NCBI GenBank assembly: GCA_977862235.1
Contig: OZ374563.1
Span: forward strand, 1,798,001-1,862,000
DNA from: Dudresnaya verticillata
Taxonomy: Eukaryota
Length of the DNA stretch: 64,000 nt
Direction of reading: 5' to 3'
Shown here in pieces: positions 55,376 to 64,000 of the stretch. The notes under the pieces were generated by a model that made no database searches, had not been told where the DNA came from, and was given only the letters and a program-made list of their open reading frames with translations. Numbering within the stretch: position 1 is the first letter of the stretch; each line of letters opens with the position of its first letter. Made by a program: the position numbers and the translations under genes.

Positions 55376-56619
55376 GCCCTCTTGTGCCGCGCGTACGCGC
55401 GCACCCCCCACCACGCGTCGCCGTCGCCGTCGCCGTCGCCGCGCAGCTGCACGCGCACGTCCAGCGCCGCCACGCGCCGACACCACACCACGCCCGCGTC
55501 CGCGCGCGCGCCGCCGTCCGCGAACGAGAACCCGCGCAGCACGCCCGCGGCACCGCCAGCAACGTGCACAGCCTCGCCGCCGCGCGCGCGCGCGTTGCGC
55601 ACGGACACCACGCACGCCACATCGCCGCCGCCGCCGCCGCCGCCGTCGACCGTCACCGTCACGCTGCCGTCGCCGTCGCCGTCGCCGCCGCCGTGGCAGG
55701 CCGCGCACCGCACGCGCACGTGCAGCTGCGGCAGCACGCCCGCACCCGTGCGCCGCGCCGCGTCGCCGCGCCCGAACGGCGACCGCACGCTCACGCGCGG
55801 CCCGGGCACGCGCCGCCGCGCGGCGCAGTCGCGCCGGAACCGCGTCGCGCCGCACGCGAGCTGGTCGCGCCGCGCCAGGTCGTCGACCTGCACGAGCCCC
55901 ATCAGCGCGACGCCCGCGTCGCTGGTGCGCGGCCGCCCCAGCTGCGCGCACCGCCTTTCGAGGTCTGCGCGCCACGCCTCCTCCTCGTCGTCGTCCGCCG
56001 CCCACGACGAGAACACCCGCCGCTCCTTGTCCTCCTGCTCGCGCGCAAACGTCTGCGCGCACAGAGCCGCGCTGTCCGCCTTGCTCAGCTCGGCCTCCTT
56101 TGGCCGCCGCTCGATGTGCACCGTGCTGCGACGCCCCCTGCGCAGCCGCTTTGCCGATGCGGCCCGAGGGACTCCTAGTGGCGCGGGAGAGGCCCAGTCG
56201 TCAAAGCTTTCCGAGTCTTGCGCGCCCTCGTTCTTCCTCTCCAAGTGTCTTGTTAGCATGCGAACCTCCTCAGAGATCCAGGGGAACGGGTCGCCGTCGC
56301 GTTGTAAAAGCTCGGACACATTTGTTACTCCTGTGCGACGCGCGTCCCACCCGCATGTTGGGCAGAGCATCTCCATTTCTCCATTGCCAGCAGTTATCTT
56401 TAGAGCGGATTTCGGGCAGCATGGACAGAACAGCTGCTTCGCAGAACGAGACGAACGCTGGCCGATTTCCAACTCCATGTCAACGACGGTAAAGAAGCGA
56501 TGTGTCTCGGGACAGGCGTAGAGATCTTCCAAACGGCCTGCATCTTCTTCAGGTGCCGCCTTTCCATCGTGCAGAGGCGTGAACGTCAGAACAGCTGGGA
56601 CTCCTCCATCCTCCGACAT
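55372..56619 (-). CDS. Divergent dynactin p62 (DCTN4)-like protein
   Basis: LEDLYAC......ELEI, LFCPCC...L, MLCPTCGWDARRTG resemble the p62 N-terminal Zn region. The C-terminal half is GC-rich and eroded. Confidence 0.55.
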   Translation of the reverse strand: MSEDGGVPAVLTFTPLHDGKAAPEEDAGRLEDLYACPETHRFFTVVDMELEIGQRSSRSAKQLFCPCCPKSALKITAGNGEMEMLCPTCGWDARRTGVTNVSELLQRDGDPFPWISEEVRMLTRHLERKNEGAQDSESFDDWASPAPLGVPRAASAKRLRRGRRSTVHIERRPKEAELSKADSAALCAQTFAREQEDKERRVFSSWAADDDEEEAWRADLERRCAQLGRPRTSDAGVALMGLVQVDDLARRDQLACGATRFRRDCAARRRVPGPRVSVRSPFGRGDAARRTGAGVLPQLHVRVRCAACHGGGDGDGDGSVTVTVDGGGGGGGDVACVVSVRNARARGGEAVHVAGGAAGVLRGFSFADGGARADAGVVWCRRVAALDVRVQLRGDGDGDGDAWWGVRAYARHKRA

Positions 56620-57022
56620 GGGTTTGCACTGAAAGCAAGGAAAGTTGTCCTCCTTCGGCAGCCTTTCGCAACGGTTTCGGGCATGTGTGCAAAGCAGGGA
56701 GTGGGTCGTGAGTGGGATAGAGAATGGCGGGAAGGGTGCGTGCGCCGGTCGGAGGCCAAAAACAGATGGCCAGCGCTGTTTTTTGTCGATTTCAAGCGAA
56801 AATGATGCGTGCGCCCCTCGTAGAGCAACAACAGTCTGTCCATTGCGCGAAGTCAACCTTGGCGGAGAGCTCCATGGCCTTGTGGGTCCGTATCAGGCTG
56901 GCTTTCTTCGCGCTTTGGAATACTCTGAATCAAACCCCCGTCGCGGAACTCAGAATCCTTTACAACAGCTAAGCTAAAACAGCCCCAACCATGCGACTAA
57001 TGCAAAACTCTGCGACTCCCAA

Positions 57023-57815
57023 TTAACGATACATGCTCTCATTCTCAATGTTCTTCGCAATCTCCGACTCCCAGCGATCCCCATTCGCAAGCAGTTTCTC
57101 CTTATTATACAACAGCTCCTCATGCGTTTCAGTAGCATACTCATAGTTGGGACCCTCAACAATGGCATCCACGGGGCAGGCTTCCTGGCAAGCGCCGCAG
57201 AAGATGCACTTGGTCATATCGATGTCGTAGCGCGTTGTGCGGCGCGAACCATCCGGACGCGGCTCGGCCTCGATCGTGATCGCCTGCGCCGGGCACACAG
57301 CCTCGCAAAGCTTGCACGCAATGCACCGCTCCTCGCCCGACGGGTAGCGGCGCAGCGCATGCTCCCCGCGGAAACGCGGCGACAGCGGCCCCTTCTCCAT
57401 TGGGTAGTTCAGGGTCACCTTTGGCTGGAAGAAGTACTGCAGCGCCAGCGCCATTCCGCGCAGCATCTCAGTCAGGAAGAGCGCCTCCGATGTCTTCTGC
57501 ACAACTGCCATGGTAGAGAGCGGGTTAAGTTACCCGGTGCGCATTCGAGGCAACGTTTCGCAAACCGGATCGGCGCACGTTTTCGAGTTAGACCACAGCA
57601 AATTAAAACGGCTATCCGTCGACACACTGCCAAGAAGGACGGGAGATGCGTTACTTACGAGAAGGGGTGTCGGTAGGCATAGGTGTTTCCGCCGTCGACG
57701 GTTGAGAACCATGGCGGGCCTCGCCCTCGTTGAGAGGCCGCGTGACGGAGAAGAAGGTGCGCGCGACAGCCGGCAGCCGTCGCGCAGGCGCGCCTGTTTG
57801 GGCAAGGCGCAGCAT
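57023..57815 (-). CDS. NDUFS8: NADH:ubiquinone oxidoreductase TYKY subunit; join complement(57659..57815,57023..57504)
   Basis: [29 protein letters not shown] and [12 protein letters not shown]. The mitochondrial presequence exon is joined by a GTAAGT...CAG phase-1 intron at 57505-57658. Confidence 0.95.
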
Positions 57816-58385
57816 TATAGCTGGAAGACAAAGATCAAAGCGGTCTCCAGGGCTGCGAGAATCCCGCGCGGAGATGCTGGCGATGAAGAAGGTTCGTTGT
57901 GGTCCCAAGAGGAGAGAGGGGTCGTCGCAGAAACGTCGATGCGATTGGGGAGAATGTCAGTGAGGGGCTTACAGAACGGTGTAAGCTAGAGATTGGAAGC
58001 AATTGAAACGTCAAAAATGTATTTGGGTAATTGCGCAGTTGCCGAGTTGGAGGGACTGCGGCTGACGGTTCGCACTCGCAGGCAATGGGCGCGGAGGCGG
58101 ATTGAAGTGATCGCGTCACGTGACATTCCCGAAGTCGGACCACACTCATGAGGGAGATGCCCATTCAGAAGACGTGAGGTCATCCGTCCTTCAGCAACAA
58201 AAACCACCGTGGTGCTCCTTCAGAGACCCACATTATCCCATCCTCCCCCTTTTGCTGCCCACGGCAGATTCCCACCAGCTACTCAGTTCGCACCACTTCC
58301 AGTCTGGGAAACGAAACCAATGACCCTCACCATCAAATTTGCCTTCACGAACAGAGGAACCAACCTGCCCACGCCCAACCTCTGA

Positions 58386-59981
58386 ATGAGCAAAGCCCGC
58401 TGTCCAGCTTTTGGTGCGGCCAAGCCAGCTACTTTGCAGAGGCAACTTCGATCGACACCCAAATGCAGGTCAAGATGCCCCGAGAAACGTCTTCCAAGAC
58501 TGTCGCTTGAGCCGTTGCCAGCGAAGAAATCAACGCTGGGCACACCCGAGATAAATCCGAATGAGTCTCGACATGTGCCGGAGGACAAGTTCGACTGGTA
58601 CTCTCAATGGTACCCAATTGCAATTGTCTCCGATCTAGACCCGACAAAGCCCACGGGCATCACAATTCTGTCCATGCCGCTCGTCATCTGGAAATCCCCG
58701 CACGGCTGGTCAGTTTTCCACGACCGCTGCCCACACCGCTTTGCAGCTCTTTCCGAAGGCGTAAGTTCCCACGACAGGAAAATCCCGCCTCTGAGCGAAT
58801 AGCTTCTAACTTCTCCCCACAGCGCATTTCGGAGTCGGGAAACCTTGAATGCGGCTACCATGGATGGCAATTTTCTCACTCAGGGGCTTGTGCTCGCATC
58901 CCGCAAAGCCCTGCTCCGACTCCCAGTGATCTCTCTTGCGCGCAAAGTGTCAAATCCACTATTCGAGGTGATCTTCTTTTTGTCTGGCTAGGCGAAAAGG
59001 CTTCCCCACCAGACACGGGGCCGCCTGTTGTTGAAGGTGCGAGAGGGAAATATGTTACCAGCTCGTATTCGCGAACATTACCACTTTGTTTTACCACCTT
59101 GATGCAAAACGTTCTTGACCCGGCACATGTAAGATCAATACGACATGCCACTTCTTCCTTGACCGCCCCGCCAAAACGCCATAATGCGGGCATGAGACGC
59201 TAACACCTTGTGCTGTTAATTTGCGCCGAGACAGATTCACTTTGCGCATCATGACCAGCTCGGCCATCGAGACCTCGCAGTCCCTGTACCAATTCGCATC
59301 CTTGTCCCGCACGCAATTGATGGTTTTACTGCCGACTACTACTCTGGGAACGTCCGATTGCGTTTTCGTCCACCCAGCATGATAGAAATCGTGACGGCGT
59401 CTGGGCTGTCGTTCGCGTACTACGCGGTACCAATACGTGCGGGCTTGGTTCGCACATTTGCAGTTCGTGCTACAGCTCGGCGGCCTTTGCTCAGAACACC
59501 CCGGTGGCTTGATCACATGAGAAGAAATTCACTCATGGAGGACGATCTGCAGCTAATGATAACGCAGGAAAACGAAATGCGGCGCATTGCAAAGGTCGAA
59601 AACGTCAGCAGTTACGCGGGGACGTGGGAGAAGTACCACATGCCGACTACTGCAGACCGGCTTATCTTGGAAATGCGGCGATGGCTTGATGTTCATGCTC
59701 CGAACGGGGAAGATTGGTTTTCGCTATCAGAAGCATGGAATGAAGGGGACGAGCGTTTTCGAAACCGCAGTGATGGTCATGTGAAGGCATGCGCAGCTTG
59801 TTCGAAAGCTCTGCAGAACTGCAAGGTTGTAGAGGAAGTAGCACGAGCAATACTCGTGCTGAGCGCATGTGCTTCTACCGTCGTTCAGGACGTTCGTGCA
59901 AAATGTACATTCATTGCTATCTCGCTTGTGTTTACAAGCATCTTCGTTATCAGCAGGCGGATTCAACAGCTTTTCCAATAA
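58386..59981 (+). CDS. Plastid Rieske non-heme iron oxygenase (PAO/TIC55/ACD1-like); join(58386..58760,58823..59128,59235..59981)
   Basis: DRCPHRFAALSEG|R...LECGYHGW (Rieske), NVLDPAH|IHFAHH (mononuclear Fe), HVKACAAC and two C-terminal TM helices. Two canonical introns. Confidence 0.9.
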
Positions 59982-61072
59982 ACCGTAGAGGTATCCCTGC
60001 GTCAGGAACCTTCTCTCTTATTCTCTGCTCTTGCTCCTTCAGCAATTCGCCTATTCTTGTGCTCGTCGGAGAATCTGTACCATTAGCTCATGCAGCAATG
60101 GTCAGCTTGCACAACATCGCTCGCCAAAAACGCACGTGTGACCTTGAATTGTTTGCAAAGCCTGATTTCTTTTTCGGACTGTCCGATTGCCCGGTGCTGT
60201 TTGACGTATCGAGTCTACCTTTGTTGTTCTGCTGACAATGCTATCGTGAAAGGTCTCTTTTTCCAAGCCGTGTTGGAAACTCCCTAGTAGCCGGGACCCC
60301 TATTCTAACTCGCGACCGCCGGTCTATGGCCAGTATGTTACTAGGATCCAGAAACTGCCCACTTGATAACAAGTAGTAACAATTGTGGGGCGAAGGGACT
60401 ACTCCGGAGAAATGCTATTCAAGATCGAGTAACAAACTGAAGCACGAAGCACGAAGCACGACTGTTCCCACTCAGACACCATGCCATGACTGCGGGACGA
60501 TGAGAATCGTGCGTCTAGAATCGACTTTCCATTTTGCGCTTTGTTTGCGTCCTCCCTTTCGGTTGCATACGGCGCGGGTCGTACGAGAAGCATACTGAAT
60601 TCACGCAACCTGGGGGGGAGAATGGTTCGATTCTGTGAAGAAAGGCAACCTTCACGAGCGGTATTGCTCTTGCAATCCGCCGATAATCTCGTGATCGAAG
60701 GGTATTTATCGCCTTATTCCTGAGACTGCTCGTTGGCCACAGGTTTGTGAATATCGCCTCCTGTCGCTTCTTGAACCGCCACGACTGGCGGAAGGGAGAT
60801 CTGGTGGTGTCGGTTCGGCCACGGCGCATTCTCCAACCGACGCGGTCCCCGCGAATCGTTTTGCAGCGCAGTCGTAGGGTTTTGCCTCTGAAGACGTGAT
60901 GCCGTTCAATCTGGGATCAAGGCGCCGTTTTGCAAATTGCACCATGGCCAGATAGGGCGTCTCTAACCTCCCATTCACTGCTCTGTGGATGCAGGCTTGG
61001 TGCCTCCATATTGACATGGGCTGGCTTGGGCTTCCAGGCAAACTGCTCTGGAACAAAGGTTCGAATATTGGC

Positions 61073-61080
61073 TATATAAA
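61073..61080 (+). promoter_or_regulatory. TATA box upstream of the HLIP-like gene
   Basis: TATATAAA about 110 bp upstream of the ATG at 61184. Confidence 0.55.
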
Positions 61081-61183
61081 CGCACCGAACCCTCTCCCTC
61101 TCAACGTCTTCTCACCAAGCAGCAACAAGCACACCCATCTCCAAAGCATCTTCACCAACCTCCACTTCCAAAACATCTTCAAA

Positions 61184-61489
61184 ATGAACTCCGCCTTCGT
61201 CTCCGCCACCCCGATTCTCGCCCGCTCCACCCCGGTGCTTGCCACCTCGTCCTTCACAAGCCGCCGCTCCCCAGTCGTCGCTCCGACTCGCCGTGTCGCC
61301 GCTGTCTCCATGAAGCTCCCCAAGATCCCGCAGGGTTTCACTTCCTTCTCTGAGCAGCTCAATGGCCGCGCTGCTATGATGGGCTTCATCCTTGCTCTCG
61401 TCACCGAGGCTATCACCGGAAAGGGTATCATTGGACAGGTCGGTTCCATCTTCGAGATTGCTAACCTTGCTTCGGCTCTTGGCAACTAG
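61184..61489 (+). CDS. One-helix high-light-inducible protein (HLIP/OHP family)
   Basis: MNSAFVS transit peptide, then GFTSFSEQLNGRAAMMGF...VTEAITGKGIIGQ chlorophyll-binding helix. Confidence 0.9.
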   Translation: MNSAFVSATPILARSTPVLATSSFTSRRSPVVAPTRRVAAVSMKLPKIPQGFTSFSEQLNGRAAMMGFILALVTEAITGKGIIGQVGSIFEIANLASALGN

Positions 61490-61991
61490 ATATGGTTAGG
61501 CTCTTTTGCGAGAAACTTTTTGCGCATGGTGTTGTGAATAAACTTTTCTAGTACTGGATTGCTCTTTTCCTTGCTCTTCTCAAAACGGACGCGTACGACT
61601 GGTTTGTTTGTTTGCTTGCCTTGTTCTATAGCCGACTCCCTAAGAAAGAGGATGAGGTTGTTGTACTGCACATTCTACACTTCGCTGCGCTCAGTCAAAA
61701 TGCTCCGCTCGCAAGTCTAAAAGAAAGGGGAGGACTGATGGACTCACAGTTCCTACTAGCTCGAAGCAGCCATCAGCCCAAGATCAGCCCAAGCTATGCT
61801 CAATAATGTTCAATAATGTTCAGAAGTTGCCATACTATAAGCGTTGTTTGTTTGGTTGCTGAGAGCAGTAAGCTGGTACCGTTTTGTGATGCTGGAATCA
61901 GCGCCCTTTACAAAAGACCACCCATCTGTGAGAGACATTGTTACTCTACTTTGCTTTAGTGTGTGTGAAACCCAAGGCATAAACGAAAGAC

Positions 61992-63959
61992 CTATTCGCC
62001 AGCACCTCCGGAACTTTCTGTCATTGCGGGGTTCGCTGCGAGGAACTTGGCGTGAAGCTTCTCCTGTCGCGCCATAGCCTTCTTGAGGGACTTTAGCGCT
62101 GACTTGCTCAGTTCATTACCCTCTGCATCTTTCGTAGGTAATCCTGTTTCCTCAAATGCCGAGTATTTTCCGCTGTATTGCTCTCCCTCTTTGAACATTG
62201 CCTCTGGTGCTAATCGACCCTTCTCAAGGTCCTGGGCAAGCTTCGCCGCCTTTGCCGCCTTCTGCCGTTCGATTTCTTTCTTTCGCTTCTCCTCAGCCTC
62301 TCGCTTTCGTTGGAGCTCCATCACCAGCGTTGATGCGTCCTCCAGTTTCCATACAGAGGCTTGATCCGTCCCACGATCTTCCAAACGCACTCCAATCGGA
62401 GGTAGGACATCATCCCTAACCTTGTCGCTCAACGCCAATATCTCTCGCGTTCCCTCCGACTTCTCGACTCGAGCGATCTTCCTAACTGAATCTCTAAACT
62501 CGCAAAACGCGTCCAACACAGGCCCAACAACGGATTCCCGTGACTGGCCCTCACCCGCACCACCATCCCCATAGCCAATCTCTCCGATGCTCTCACTGGA
62601 AATACCGAAGACCTTAAACATTCTCGTAGCGTACCGCCCGATGCTCTCCAGAGCTGGACCATTGGGTTCCTCAACCTTCGCAGCGAGATACACGTTAGTC
62701 GAACGGATGAGATTCTGTAGCTCTCGTAACGCTCCAGGTGTATCAAAATTATCTGCCAGGCAGTTGTGAATCGTGTCCTGGGCGCGTGCCAGTTCTTTGC
62801 TCAGCTCCATTGCCATATCATCTGGCCTAACCTGATACGTTCTAGGGTCTTTTCGCGCAATCTCCCGTAGCCTAGCCTTGAGGTTGCCGAAGAAATCAGT
62901 AAAAGAACGATCAAGGCTGATGCACTCCTCCATAGCATGTTCGGAATAGTTCATCGGGGCGTCATATCGATGACCGAGGAAGCAAAGGCGCATCTGCCGC
63001 GCATTGTATCGCTGAAGGCACTTCCGAATGGTGATGAAGTTCTTCAGTGACTTGGACATCTTCAACCCCTCAATATGCAGATGCCCAGCATGCAGAAAGT
63101 AGTTGACCCATTGATGGCAATCGTGATAGGCTTCAGCCTGAGCGACCTCGTTGGAATGGTGCGGGAAACGCAGATCTACTCCGCCAGCATGGATGTCTAT
63201 GTTAGGTCCCAAGATAGTAGATGCCATCGCTGAGCACTCAATATGCCACCCCGGTCGGCCTTCGCCCCAGGGGGAATCCCAAGAGGGCTCGCCTTCTTTG
63301 CTCTTCTTCCAAAGCACGAAATCGCCTGCGGACTTTTTCTGCGACTTGACGCACGATTCTGACGCGGTTAGCACACCTTCGCCCTCCGCAAGGAGCGCTT
63401 CGTTTCCGACAGACCAGGGTTCAAGCTTTCCATAGTTATGGCCGGCATGGACGAATCCCTTTGTGTCAAAGTAGACAGAACCGAAGCTCTCATACGCAAA
63501 CCCGTTCTTGATAATCGTCTCAATGTATTCGATAACCTCTGGAATAAACTCAGATACTCTGGTAACAAAGTCTGGGCGCTTGACGTTGAGGTTGTCCATG
63601 TCCTCCATGAACTCTGTCTCAAACATGCGGCCGATTTCCTCGAAGGGTATCCCTCGTTCATTCGCTCTCTTGATAATCTTGTCATCAATGTCCGTGACAT
63701 TCATCTGGACGATTACATCGTAGCCGAAGTAGTCACTCAGGATTCTCCTCACGACATCGAACCTTACGTAATTAGAAGCGTGGCCGACGTGGGCGGAATC
63801 GTAAACAGTCGGACCGCAAATGTACCAGGTGACTTTGTTGCCGCCGTCCTTCGGGACGAAAGGGTCTTTTTTCCCCGTGAAGCTGTTGAGTACTGTCAAC
63901 CGGCTCTTGGAAACATCGTCAGGCCCTTCCCACGGATAATACTTATTCTCTTCCGCCAT
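61992..63959 (-). CDS. CARS: Cytosolic cysteinyl-tRNA synthetase
   Basis: WYICGPTVYDSAHVGHA, NVTDIDDKII, GRPGWHIECSAM, KMSKS, eukaryotic C-terminal extension. Confidence 0.96.
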   Translation of the reverse strand: MAEENKYYPWEGPDDVSKSRLTVLNSFTGKKDPFVPKDGGNKVTWYICGPTVYDSAHVGHASNYVRFDVVRRILSDYFGYDVIVQMNVTDIDDKIIKRANERGIPFEEIGRMFETEFMEDMDNLNVKRPDFVTRVSEFIPEVIEYIETIIKNGFAYESFGSVYFDTKGFVHAGHNYGKLEPWSVGNEALLAEGEGVLTASESCVKSQKKSAGDFVLWKKSKEGEPSWDSPWGEGRPGWHIECSAMASTILGPNIDIHAGGVDLRFPHHSNEVAQAEAYHDCHQWVNYFLHAGHLHIEGLKMSKSLKNFITIRKCLQRYNARQMRLCFLGHRYDAPMNYSEHAMEECISLDRSFTDFFGNLKARLREIARKDPRTYQVRPDDMAMELSKELARAQDTIHNCLADNFDTPGALRELQNLIRSTNVYLAAKVEEPNGPALESIGRYATRMFKVFGISSESIGEIGYGDGGAGEGQSRESVVGPVLDAFCEFRDSVRKIARVEKSEGTREILALSDKVRDDVLPPIGVRLEDRGTDQASVWKLEDASTLVMELQRKREAEEKRKKEIERQKAAKAAKLAQDLEKGRLAPEAMFKEGEQYSGKYSAFEETGLPTKDAEGNELSKSALKSLKKAMARQEKLHAKFLAANPAMTESSGGAGE

Positions 63960-64000
63960 GACTGCCGACAGCGATTGTTGAACGCACCAGAAAGAGAACA

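Noticed and set aside
10349..61489. Apparent clustering of plastid-targeted genes (mTERF, PsbP-like, Fd-MBL, globin, CpcT, linker, Rieske, HLIP)
   Set aside because: Interspersed with unrelated housekeeping genes, and the proportion is plausible for a compact algal genome.

Overview
Eukaryotic nuclear DNA, most likely from a red alga (florideophyte-like). The basis is a nucleus-encoded phycobilisome linker, a CpcT/CpeT bilin lyase, and gene-dense, mostly intronless genes with short GT-AG introns carrying CTRAC branch points. About 30 protein-coding genes are supported. Several (divergent profilin-like, MIC10, ferredoxin-MBL, a 3-exon coiled-coil gene, NDUFS8, a PAO/TIC55-like Rieske protein) only become complete after manual splicing. 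I found no rRNA, tRNA or CRISPR array. The most notable observations are: (1) a secreted pre-pro-peptide with a 79-aa, 10-Cys, strongly cationic CS-alpha-beta (defensin/macin-like) domain; (2) a plastid-targeted flavohemoglobin truncated before its NAD-binding domain; (3) a dynactin p62-like gene in a lineage thought to lack dynein, with its stop codon overlapping that of PRP38; (4) a DHHC acyltransferase with a CHHC motif; (5) an RIIa D/D + EF-hand protein; (6) a bacterial-type nucleotidyltransferase; (7) repeated intergenic TACWGTA heptamers resembling Tc1/mariner excision footprints. All family assignments come from motif recognition by eye, not from database searches.
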